Shown piece by piece: positions 28,897-37,496 of a stretch of 64,000 bases of DNA. Each line of letters starts with the position of its first letter. Position 1 is the stretch's first letter. The DNA comes from an uncultured Planctomycetia bacterium (GTDB taxonomy: Bacteria; Omnitrophota; Gorgyraeia; Duberdicusellales; 4484-171). The notes under the pieces were generated by a model that searched no databases, was not told the DNA's origin, and saw only the letters and a program-made list of their open reading frames with translations. The DNA lies in contig CAYQUQ010000001.1 in NCBI GenBank assembly GCA_964420965.1, positions 31,544 to 95,543 on the forward strand. The letters are read 5' to 3'. The translations under genes were made by a program, and so were the position numbers.

Positions 28897-29157
28897 ATGG
28901 AAATTAAATGGAACGAAGAAACCCGGAAGCATTTTGACCAGGTGATCGGAAATCTGCCCCAGTTTCACCGGACCATTGCCCAGCAACTGGTCAAGGAGAG
29001 CGCGGAAACTATCGCCCAAGAGCGGAGTTCGCCCTGCGTGGAGGAGAAAGATCTGGTGGTAGCTTTTTTTAAAGAAGTGCCGCCGGCTTTTAAGGATATG
29101 ATGAAGCGGCTGTTTAATCAGCAGGGCATAGATTATAGTAAATATGTAGATGGGTAG
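28897..29157 (+). CDS. Small protein, PCP-reductase C-terminal-like
   Basis: IKWNEE..LPQFHR..KESAE pattern; RBS AGGAG. Confidence 0.6.
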   Translation: MEIKWNEETRKHFDQVIGNLPQFHRTIAQQLVKESAETIAQERSSPCVEEKDLVVAFFKEVPPAFKDMMKRLFNQQGIDYSKYVDG

Positions 29158-29165
29158 AAAATAAA

Positions 29166-30182
29166 ATGAAAGTAGCGGTTTTAGGTTGTGGAGCCATCGG
29201 CGGACTTGTCTTAGGGTATCTGTCCCGGGAGGGGTGCGATGTGATAGGGATTGTGCGGGACTATCAAAAGGAACTCCTGTTGAAAGCCGGTTTAAATATA
29301 GAGGGCGTTCGGGGCAACCAAGCCATTAAGGTAAAAGTCGACACAGCTTTAAGGGAAAGGGTAGACCTGGCCATTTTTGCCACTAAGATAAACAATCTCG
29401 AGGACATTATAAAAGAAAATATCGCGTTTTTAAAAGACTCGACCGCTCTTTCTACTCAAAACGGCATCCAGGCCGATTACCTGCTGAATAAGTTTTTTGT
29501 TCCAGAAAAAATTATCACCGGTATCGTTATGTTCGGGGCCACTTTTTACGCTCCCAGCAAAGTTGTGCATAATTTTGAAGGGGATTTTATATTAGGTAAT
29601 ATATATAATACTAAAGTAAATTCTTTGGATAATGTCCTAAACTTATTAAAGCCGGCTTTCAATGCCGTTAATTTAGAAAATATAAAGGGTGCTAAGTACC
29701 TGAAATTATTTATCAATTTGAATAATTGCCTCCCGGCTATTTTAGGACTCTCCATGCAGGAGACTTATTCCGATATAGATTTAGCTAAGTTAGCCATACA
29801 ACTTAATAAAGAGGCTTACGTAGTTATAAGCAAAGCCAATATTAAATTAGAGAGCCTGCCAAGTTATCCCCAAGAAAGAATACAGGGCTTAATCTCAATG
29901 CCGATTGAAGAAGCGGCCGGCCTTTTTTCCAAAATAATGACCAATTTAAGCAAAGAACCTTTATACGGCTCAATCTTGCAGAGTATAAAACGCGGCAAAA
30001 AATCAGAGATTGATTACATCAACGGAGAAATCAGGCACCAGGCCACAGCTAATAAACAGCAAGCACCTTTAAATACAAAAATAGTTGAATTGGTGCATCA
30101 GGTGGAAGAAAGGGGTAGGTTTTTTTCTAAGGAAGAATTGCTATCGCAGTTAAAAGGAGCAGTGTCCCATGAAAAATTATAA
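29166..30182 (+). CDS. Ketopantoate reductase-like NAD(P)H oxidoreductase
   Basis: GCGAIG, QNG, KLFIN, SILQSI, SEIDYING. Confidence 0.87.
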   Translation: MKVAVLGCGAIGGLVLGYLSREGCDVIGIVRDYQKELLLKAGLNIEGVRGNQAIKVKVDTALRERVDLAIFATKINNLEDIIKENIAFLKDSTALSTQNGIQADYLLNKFFVPEKIITGIVMFGATFYAPSKVVHNFEGDFILGNIYNTKVNSLDNVLNLLKPAFNAVNLENIKGAKYLKLFINLNNCLPAILGLSMQETYSDIDLAKLAIQLNKEAYVVISKANIKLESLPSYPQERIQGLISMPIEEAAGLFSKIMTNLSKEPLYGSILQSIKRGKKSEIDYINGEIRHQATANKQQAPLNTKIVELVHQVEERGRFFSKEELLSQLKGAVSHEKL

Positions 30183-30792
30183 AGCAGAATATTGCCAGGC
30201 TAATTGCGCGGAAATAAATACCCCTTTTCCCCGGATCAAGCTGACTTGCATCGGTGTTTACGGCGAGTGTTATCACGGGTATGAGGTCGGCGATGAATTT
30301 ATTTTAGGTGATTTTACCCATCCGCCTCAGCACTTTTGTTTAGGCTTAGCCCATGCGGTTTTTCCGGTGGCCTATGCTTTAAGCTTCGGCGCTAAATTCG
30401 GCTTTATGGAGAATCAAAAATCATTAAAGGTAACCTGTCCCGACGGGGGCAAAGCCGAATTTTTAGTGGAATTGCTGGATAAAAATGACCAGGTTAAGTT
30501 TGTGCCCAAAGATCCCCATCACAAAGGGCCTAATCCCAAAGATATGGAGATCGAGGTGGTAAAAGCCCAGGGAAAGTGTTCTTACGGTTATAAGATTGGT
30601 GATAAATGGGAGATAAAGGGTTTAAAGTGCATCGAGGGTTTTTGCGGGGCGGCCTGGCATACGGCTTTTCCGGCCCTGTTCGCCCTTAATTTCGGAGCCA
30701 AGTTTTTCTTTATGAAGGACCACAACTCCATAGACACAGTAACCTGCCCTGACGGAGGCAATATTGTGTTTAGAGTTAGACGGAAGGAATAG
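30169..30792 (+). CDS. TIGR04076-like Cys-rich protein with two tandem domains
   Basis: Two copies of C..GY..GD....C..A.H..FP...AL.FGAKF.FM....VTCPDGG. Confidence 0.72.
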   Translation: MKNYKAEYCQANCAEINTPFPRIKLTCIGVYGECYHGYEVGDEFILGDFTHPPQHFCLGLAHAVFPVAYALSFGAKFGFMENQKSLKVTCPDGGKAEFLVELLDKNDQVKFVPKDPHHKGPNPKDMEIEVVKAQGKCSYGYKIGDKWEIKGLKCIEGFCGAAWHTAFPALFALNFGAKFFFMKDHNSIDTVTCPDGGNIVFRVRRKE

Positions 30793-30867
30793 ATGCGGAT
30801 TACTGCGGATTTAAACGCAGATAAACGCTAAACATCTATGGCGTAGATCCGCGTGAATCAGCTTCTA
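30790..30867. repeat. Palindromic element family B (TAGA...TCTA, GCGGAT subrepeats), copy 1
   Basis: tagatgcggat...atcagcttcta; related to 44746-44835 and 61407-61498. Confidence 0.8.
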
Positions 30868-30883
30868 ATATGGAGGATAATAA

Positions 30884-32137
30884 ATGAAGAGAGTAGTAGT
30901 CACCGGTATCGGTATTATCTGCGGAGCAGGGGAGACAAAAGAAGAATTTTATAAAAATCTCATCGACGGTAAACCCTGTGTTGAGCGGGTGGATAATTTC
31001 GACGTCAGTTTGTTTAATTCCAAAATTGCTTCCCAGGATTTAGGTTTCGACCCCTTGAAGTTTGGCATCAAAGACCATGAACGCATGGATAGGTACGTTC
31101 AATTCAGTATTGCCGCCGCCAAACAGGCAGTTGAGGACAGCAACATCGACGGCAATTCTATCGATCACTACCGGGCCGGGGTGGTTTTAGCCAACGCTAT
31201 CTGCGGCACGCGCTGGATGGAGGAAGAGTTTCTTTTGGTGACCGATTGGGGCAAAAATCCTATCGATCCCCGCAAGGGGCGCCCTTATCTTTATGATGCC
31301 TCTATGTTTAATACCCCGAGCACAGAGATAGCCGCTATTTACGGTCTTAAAGGGATTAACTGCACTATTTCCACCGGCTGTACCGCCGGGACGGATTCCG
31401 TCGGTTTTGCCTACGAGCTGATCAGAGAGGGCCGGCAGGATATGATCGTAGCCGGAGCCGGCGAAGCACCGATTACCCCGATTACTTTCGGCGCTTTCGA
31501 CGTAATCAACGCGATTTCCAAACGTAATGACGAACCGCATAAAGCATCCCGCCCCTTTGACAAGCAGAGAGACGGATTTGTTCTTTCCGAGGCCAGCGGA
31601 ATTCTAGTGTTAGAGGAATTAGAACATGCCCGAAAAAGAGGTGCGCCGATTTACTGTGAAATAATCGGTTACGGGACTTCCTGTAATGCTTATCATATGA
31701 CTGATTTACCCCAGGACGGCGTGGCTATGGTTCAGTGTTTAGAGGAGACTTTCAAAGACGCTAAGATTGCCAAAGAAAAAATCGATTACATCAACACCCA
31801 CGGTTCATCTACCCCTCAGAATGACGTTTTCGAGACCAACGCCTACAAAACTTATTTTGGCGATTTAGCCTACCAGCTTCCGATCAGTTCAATCAAGTCG
31901 ATGATCGGGCATCCCCTGGCCGCAGCCAATGCCGTAGAGTCAGTTCTTTGTGCCCTGATTTTTAAGAAAAACATTCTTCCTCCCACCATAAATCAGGAAG
32001 AGAAAGATCCCCGGTGCGATTTAGACTATATACCTAATAAGGCCAGAGAAAAAAAAGTAGATTATATTTTGAAGACCAGCAGTGGATTCTCCGGAATTCA
32101 CTCCTCAATGGTTTTTAAACGTTGGGAGGATAAATGA
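30884..32137 (+). CDS. Type II PKS ketosynthase alpha
   Basis: ISTGCTAG active Cys, EAPITPI, NTHGSSTPQND, SSIKSMIGH: aromatic-PKS-type rather than FabF-type motifs. Confidence 0.9.
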   Translation: MKRVVVTGIGIICGAGETKEEFYKNLIDGKPCVERVDNFDVSLFNSKIASQDLGFDPLKFGIKDHERMDRYVQFSIAAAKQAVEDSNIDGNSIDHYRAGVVLANAICGTRWMEEEFLLVTDWGKNPIDPRKGRPYLYDASMFNTPSTEIAAIYGLKGINCTISTGCTAGTDSVGFAYELIREGRQDMIVAGAGEAPITPITFGAFDVINAISKRNDEPHKASRPFDKQRDGFVLSEASGILVLEELEHARKRGAPIYCEIIGYGTSCNAYHMTDLPQDGVAMVQCLEETFKDAKIAKEKIDYINTHGSSTPQNDVFETNAYKTYFGDLAYQLPISSIKSMIGHPLAAANAVESVLCALIFKKNILPPTINQEEKDPRCDLDYIPNKAREKKVDYILKTSSGFSGIHSSMVFKRWEDK

Positions 32138-33369
32138 AAGAGCGCGTTGCCGTTACCGGCTTAGGGGTTGTTTCACCGGCAGGATTGAAGAAGGAGACTT
32201 TCTGGGCTAATTTAAAGGCCGGCCGCTCGTTCATTGACGCCATAAAACGTTTTGATGCCGGGCTGTATCCTTCCCGAATTGCCGGACAGGTCCGGGAGTT
32301 AGATATTTATACCCATCTTTCCGGCCGGCTGCTTAAAAAAATAGATGTATTTTCTCATATGGCCCTGGTTGCCAGCGATCAAGCCTTTAAAGATGCCCAG
32401 GCTGATTTAGATAAAATTGATAAAAATAGAGTGGGAGTATTTATGGGTAACGCTTTAGGCGGCTGGCTGTTTGCCGAAACCGAGTTAAGGGATTTATATT
32501 TAGAAGGAAGAGAAGGAATTTCTCCCTATATGGCTTCGGCCTGGTTTCCGGCTGCACCCCAGGGGCAGGTCACCATTTACTACGGGATTAAAGGTTACAG
32601 TAAGACCGTAGTTGCCGATAAAGCCTCCAGCGCTTTAGCGGTCTGGTACGGCTCAAGAGTTTTAAGGGATGAAAAGAGCGATTTTATTTTAGCCGGGGGG
32701 ATGGAAGCTCCGATTACCCCTTACGCCCTTTTATGCGCTAATACCTACGGGAGCCTTTCTAAAAATAATATGATCCCTCATTGCGCCTACCGGCCTTATG
32801 ATTTGTATCGTGACGGATTTGTAATCGGAGAAGGTTCGGGCATGACGCTGCTGGAAAGGGAAAGCCAGGCTTTAAAAAGAGGCGTGCATATTTACGGATT
32901 CATAAAAGGTATTGGCTTCAGTTCCGACGGGATTCACCACATGCGCTATGCGCTGGAAACGGAAGCTTTAGAATACGCAATTGACCAATGCCTTAAGGAT
33001 TGCGGCTGGAATAAAGAAGACGTAGATTACATCTGTCTCGACGGAGAGGCTACTGCCCTGGGCGACGCCCTGGAAGCAAAAGCTCTGCATCATGTTTTTG
33101 GGGACAAACTTAAAAGCATTTCTTTAAGCGCTCCCAAAAGCATGTACGGTAATCTCCTCGGAGCTCAGACTTCCCTGGATTTAATTGCCACTCTGCTTTC
33201 CATGCAAAACAGCCTTGTGCTTCCCACTATCAATTTCACGGAAAAAGACCCTCACTGCGATATCGACTGCACGCCGAATGAACCGGTTTCCCGGGATATA
33301 AATAAGGCTTTGATTCTGGCCCGGGGTCGCGGCGGAATAAACGTAGCTTTAGGAGTAGAAAAGGAATAG
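32134..33369 (+). CDS. Type II PKS chain-length factor (KS beta)
   Basis: KS fold lacking catalytic Cys/His; SPYMASAWF..PQGQ, PKSMYG, ARGRGG; overlaps the KS stop. Confidence 0.88.
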   Translation: MKERVAVTGLGVVSPAGLKKETFWANLKAGRSFIDAIKRFDAGLYPSRIAGQVRELDIYTHLSGRLLKKIDVFSHMALVASDQAFKDAQADLDKIDKNRVGVFMGNALGGWLFAETELRDLYLEGREGISPYMASAWFPAAPQGQVTIYYGIKGYSKTVVADKASSALAVWYGSRVLRDEKSDFILAGGMEAPITPYALLCANTYGSLSKNNMIPHCAYRPYDLYRDGFVIGEGSGMTLLERESQALKRGVHIYGFIKGIGFSSDGIHHMRYALETEALEYAIDQCLKDCGWNKEDVDYICLDGEATALGDALEAKALHHVFGDKLKSISLSAPKSMYGNLLGAQTSLDLIATLLSMQNSLVLPTINFTEKDPHCDIDCTPNEPVSRDINKALILARGRGGINVALGVEKE

Positions 33370-33379
33370 GGAGGTTAGT

Positions 33380-33613
33380 ATGACCTTAAAGGAAGAAATT
33401 ATCGATTTGATTTGCCAGGCCTTAGAGGTCAAAAAGGAAGAAATTAAAGAGGACCAGACTTTATATGATTCCGTAGGGGTTGATTCTACCGAGATGGTGG
33501 AGCTGAGGGTAGCCATTAATAAGAATTTGGGCGTTAATTTAGAACAGGGCGATATTACCAATAAACAAACCATAAACCAGATTGTAGACACAGTCCAAAA
33601 CAAAAAACAATAA
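33380..33613 (+). CDS. Acyl carrier protein
   Basis: 77 aa, acidic, GVDSTEMV phosphopantetheine site. Confidence 0.92.
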   Translation: MTLKEEIIDLICQALEVKKEEIKEDQTLYDSVGVDSTEMVELRVAINKNLGVNLEQGDITNKQTINQIVDTVQNKKQ

Positions 33614-33616
33614 TTT

Positions 33617-33640
33617 GTAGGGGCCGGACATGTCCGGCCC
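33617..33640 (+). repeat. GTAG-type REP-like palindrome
   Basis: GTAG-gggccggac-at-gtccggccc; similar at 62584 and 63358. Confidence 0.8.
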
Positions 33641-33652
33641 GATACTAAATCA

Positions 33653-34450
33653 ATGAAAATAATAGATATAAGTTTACCCATTGACGATACCGCTTTCGAG
33701 GTGCATCCTTTAAGGATTGAGCGCACTTTGCATCAGGAAGGCGTGGAAAAATTGAATAAAGTGCTTATGTCGCGCACCCCGGAGCAAAAAGCGCAATACG
33801 AAAAGGGTGAGCGGATTATCGAAAGAAAAGATTTGCCGGACGAAGAATTCTTATCCCTGGAGATGGTTTACTCCTCGGTTCACAGCGGGACCCACCTCGA
33901 TTATTCATACCACTACGGCAGTGAATCTGAAGGCCGGCCTTCAAAAACTGCCGATGAGATTCCTTTAGACTGGTGTTATCAAAATGGTGTGAAAATTACC
34001 CTGACTCACAAAAAGGCTGATCAGGTGATTACAGCCCAGGATATCGAAGAAGGTCTTAACAGGATTAATTACCAGATAAAGCCGTTAGACATTGTTTTGC
34101 TGCATACCGGTTGCGATAAACTCTTTGGCCGGTCCGAATATTTCAGCGATTATCCCGGCATTGACGCTTCGGCTATAGATTATTTGCTGGATAAAGGGGT
34201 TAAAATATTCGGAGTTGATACCATGGGCATTGACCGTCCTTATAAATTCATGATCAAAGAATTTTTGGAGAAGAAAAACCCTAAGCATTTATGGCCGTCC
34301 CATTTCCACGGCCGTAAGCGAGAATTTATCCATATCGAAAGATTGGCCCATTTAGATAAATTACCTGATTTGGGGTTTAAAGTAATTTGTTTTCCGGTAC
34401 GGATCAGGCAAACCGGCGCAGCCTGGGCCAGAGCGGTAGCGATTTTATAA
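33653..34450 (+). CDS. Polyketide cyclase, metal-dependent (kynurenine formamidase-like fold)
   Basis: HSGTHLDYSYH motif, GVDTMGID, HIERL; directly after ACP. Confidence 0.82.
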   Translation: MKIIDISLPIDDTAFEVHPLRIERTLHQEGVEKLNKVLMSRTPEQKAQYEKGERIIERKDLPDEEFLSLEMVYSSVHSGTHLDYSYHYGSESEGRPSKTADEIPLDWCYQNGVKITLTHKKADQVITAQDIEEGLNRINYQIKPLDIVLLHTGCDKLFGRSEYFSDYPGIDASAIDYLLDKGVKIFGVDTMGIDRPYKFMIKEFLEKKNPKHLWPSHFHGRKREFIHIERLAHLDKLPDLGFKVICFPVRIRQTGAAWARAVAIL

Positions 34451-34451
34451 A

Positions 34452-34527
34452 AGCTTTCAGCTATCAGCCATCAGCTCTCAGCATAGAGATAAAAAAGCTG
34501 ACAGCTGAAAGCAGAAAGCTGATAGCT
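34452..34527. repeat. Inverted arrays of heptamer repeats
   Basis: agctttc-agctatc-agccatc-agctctc ... gacagct-gaaagca-gaaagct-gatagct. Confidence 0.85.
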
Positions 34528-34544
34528 AAAAAAGGAGGATTAAG

Positions 34545-34988
34545 ATGGCGCACACCCGAAATGCAATCGTGATCAATGCTGCTTATGACAAGGTTTTTGA
34601 TGTCAGTAATGATATTGCCCGCTGGAAGGAATTCTTCAATGAATACACTGAGTCAGAAGTTTTGGAAAAACAAGGCAATAAACTGACTTTTAAGCTTACC
34701 CACGAAAAAGGGATGAATTGGAAATCCTACCGGCTGCTATTTAAAGAAGATAAGTTTGCTTATGCTTCCCGGGTCGAACCGATGTTTCCTTTCGAATACA
34801 TGCGGATTATCTGGCTCTATCGGGAAGTAGAGGGTGGTACGGAGATGATCTGGATTCAGGATTTTAAGATGGATAAAGGGGCTAAGTTTACCGACGAGCA
34901 GGTGGAGAAGATGATGAATGAGCACTCCCAGGAAAACTTAAAGCGGTTTAAGGAGATTATCGAAAGCGAAGCGAAAGTGAATGCCTAA
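34545..34988 (+). CDS. Aromatase/cyclase (SRPBCC, TcmN/WhiE-ORFVI-like)
   Basis: AHTRNAIVINA, W.EFFNEY, WKSYR, PFEYMRI.W.Y, WIQDF. Confidence 0.87.
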   Translation: MAHTRNAIVINAAYDKVFDVSNDIARWKEFFNEYTESEVLEKQGNKLTFKLTHEKGMNWKSYRLLFKEDKFAYASRVEPMFPFEYMRIIWLYREVEGGTEMIWIQDFKMDKGAKFTDEQVEKMMNEHSQENLKRFKEIIESEAKVNA

Positions 34989-36120
34989 AATAAGCTTTCT
35001 CATTTTTTGCCTGATATTCTGCACGGTTTCTTTTGGGGTGGCGGCCATGGCCGCTTTGATCCCCTCGATTGCCGCCCATTTCGGGGTTTCTCCAGACTAC
35101 GCCATCCGGCTCACCTGGCTGTATATGCTTCCTTACGGAGTAGTGGCCCTTTTCTGGGCCCCGTTAACCCGGATTATCAAGATAAAAAAAATACTCCTTT
35201 TTGCCACTGCCGGATTTTTCTTATCGGCGTTGCTGTTTAGCCTTTCGCGCAGTATACACCAGGCCTTTATTTTTCGCTTCCTGATGGGAGCCTTTGCCTG
35301 CAGCTTCGTACCCCTCTCCTTAATTACCGTAGGCAAGGTCATTGATGCCGAGAGTAAGGCAAAGTATGTGGGTACGTTTTTCGGCCTCTCTTATATATCT
35401 ACCCTGGTGAGCGTTTTTTTAAGCGGATTTATCCACTGGAGGATTATTTATCTGATCCCGGCTGTATCCAGCCTGGCTATATTCGCGCTGGTTTTAACCC
35501 ACCTGCATGATTTTGATTTTAGAAAGACCAGCTTTAAGATCAGCTATCTGGAGACACTCAAAGATAAAAATGCCAGCCGCTTTTTTCTGGTAATTATATT
35601 GGGAAGCATGCTTTATCACAGCTTACAACAGAGGCTGGGGGTATATCTCAGCCAGACCTTTTCTTTAACCCAGGTGGTTATCAGCACCATTTTTACCATC
35701 GCCACCCTCGCCGCGATTGCTTTTGAGTTTTCGGGAGGGTTTTTAAGCTCCCGTTTCGGTAACCTTAGAGTAGCCCGCATCGGTTTTATTCTGATGAGCG
35801 TTTTTACCTTAGGCCTTATTTTTACCCGCCAATATCAGCCCTTATTTTTCTTTATCGTTCTCTGGGGTTCGGGCTGGGCCTTGACTCATGTCGGGTTATC
35901 GACTCACCTCACTAATTTTCCGGATCGAATATTACGTGATGCATCGAGCTTAAACAGCTCCCTGCGTTTTAGCGCCGGGGGCCTGGGGGCTTTTTTAGGC
36001 GGAGTGCTGGTTACAATGGCCGGCTTTAAATTTTTGTTCTGGCTGGTGGCAGTAAGTATATTTTTATTGGGGTTTTATCTGGAAAAATTTTTAAACGGAG
36101 GAAAGAAAAGCCATGGCTGA
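34981..36120 (+). CDS. MFS transporter
   Basis: About 12 hydrophobic segments, FRFLMG motif. Confidence 0.87.
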   Translation: MPKISFLIFCLIFCTVSFGVAAMAALIPSIAAHFGVSPDYAIRLTWLYMLPYGVVALFWAPLTRIIKIKKILLFATAGFFLSALLFSLSRSIHQAFIFRFLMGAFACSFVPLSLITVGKVIDAESKAKYVGTFFGLSYISTLVSVFLSGFIHWRIIYLIPAVSSLAIFALVLTHLHDFDFRKTSFKISYLETLKDKNASRFFLVIILGSMLYHSLQQRLGVYLSQTFSLTQVVISTIFTIATLAAIAFEFSGGFLSSRFGNLRVARIGFILMSVFTLGLIFTRQYQPLFFFIVLWGSGWALTHVGLSTHLTNFPDRILRDASSLNSSLRFSAGGLGAFLGGVLVTMAGFKFLFWLVAVSIFLLGFYLEKFLNGGKKSHG

Positions 36121-36874
36121 TTTAAAGGATAAAGTCTGTATTATTACCGGAGCCAGCGGCGGAATCGGTAAGGTAATCGTGGCCAGATTAGCTCAGCAAG
36201 GGGCAAAACTGATTTTGGCCGCGAGGAGATTAGAAATACTCGAAGAGTTAAAACAATCCTTGCCGCATCCCGATAATATCTTATGCATCAAATGTGACGT
36301 TACCCAGCAGGCGGATTTAGAAGGCCTGGTGAATAAAGCTTTAGAAAAGTTTAAAAGAATCGATATTCTGGTTAACGCGGCCGGTGTTTCCAGCCAGCAC
36401 CCTTTCTTCAGCCAGCCCCTGGAAGATATTGAAAAGATAATGTATACTAATTATTTCAGCTATGTAATGCTTTCCCGGCTGGTGGTAAATCCGATGAAAG
36501 AACAGAGAGGGGGGCATATTATCAATATTACCAGCGGTTCGGTTATGGTTGAACCGCCCCCGCGCAATTTTATCGTTTATACATCACTGAAGGTGGGTTT
36601 ACGGGCCTTTGCCAAAGGTCTTTTCTGGGAAATGCGCGACTTCGGGATTAAAGTCACTTCGATTTTTCCGGGCGTAACCCGCACCCCTTTAACCGGAAAA
36701 TTGAAAAATATCGCTGAAGATAGATTAATCGAGCCGGAGGCTATTGCCGATACGGTTTTATTCGCCTTAGCCCAACCGGCTAATACCTGTCCGCTGGAAT
36801 TAGCCGTAATCAACCAGCAGACTCCCTGGACTAAGCCGGTGATACCGTTTAAGCAGGATCATCCCCAAAAGTGA
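36113..36874 (+). CDS. SDR family oxidoreductase
   Basis: TGASGGIG, NAAG, YTSLK. Confidence 0.92.
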   Translation: MADLKDKVCIITGASGGIGKVIVARLAQQGAKLILAARRLEILEELKQSLPHPDNILCIKCDVTQQADLEGLVNKALEKFKRIDILVNAAGVSSQHPFFSQPLEDIEKIMYTNYFSYVMLSRLVVNPMKEQRGGHIINITSGSVMVEPPPRNFIVYTSLKVGLRAFAKGLFWEMRDFGIKVTSIFPGVTRTPLTGKLKNIAEDRLIEPEAIADTVLFALAQPANTCPLELAVINQQTPWTKPVIPFKQDHPQK

Positions 36875-36882
36875 GGTGGAAT

Positions 36883-37461
36883 ATGGACAAGAAAAGGCGT
36901 TTTTTATGGTTAGGGTTAGTGGCTTTACTGCTCTGGGGTTGTAATATCGAATCCCCGAATCCGTTAGGCGACCCGGCCGCGGCGGTGATTGATCCGGATT
37001 TACCGGGAATATGGTATGCCGTGGAGAACGAAGGCGAGGGTGCCGAGTTTTACGCGGCTATTTTTCAGCGCGACCAAGGCCGCTTGCATATAATTTATTT
37101 TAGCGACGCGCGGGAAGAAGACCTTATTTATCTGGAAGGGTTTATTTCCGAGATTAATGGCCAGCGGTTTTTAAATTTAAAGCTTATCGACCGCTATGCC
37201 GAAGAAGATGACCAAAATTACATATTTTTTCCTTACGATATCGACAAAAAAGGGCAATTAGTAACCCGTACTCTTAAAACCGAGTTTTTTACACAGGCCA
37301 TAGAGGACGGAGCAATCAAAGGAAGCGTTTCCGACAGTGAATTCTTCACTTCGGTAACCTTAGACGACTCTACCCAAAATCTGGTTGCCTTTATCGCCAA
37401 GCACAAAAAGGAAGAGTATTCGGAGAAAGACTCCGGTATTTTCCGCAGGATGAAGAAATAA
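36883..37461 (+). CDS. Lipoprotein of unknown function
   Basis: MDKKRR, hydrophobic core, LWGC lipobox; ATG after GAGGTG. Confidence 0.75.
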   Translation: MDKKRRFLWLGLVALLLWGCNIESPNPLGDPAAAVIDPDLPGIWYAVENEGEGAEFYAAIFQRDQGRLHIIYFSDAREEDLIYLEGFISEINGQRFLNLKLIDRYAEEDDQNYIFFPYDIDKKGQLVTRTLKTEFFTQAIEDGAIKGSVSDSEFFTSVTLDDSTQNLVAFIAKHKKEEYSEKDSGIFRRMKK

Positions 37462-37480
37462 TTGGGGACAGACCCTAATT
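37460..37480. repeat. Short palindrome (GGGGACAG type)
   Basis: aattgggg-acaga-ccctaatt between genes; single copy in window. Confidence 0.4.
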
Positions 37481-37496
37481 CAAAGGGAGGAAAAAG

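Noticed and set aside
30884-33613. KS-KS-ACP as ordinary fatty-acid synthesis (fabF/acpP)
   Set aside because: The second KS lacks catalytic residues and has CLF motifs, and aromatase/cyclase genes follow.
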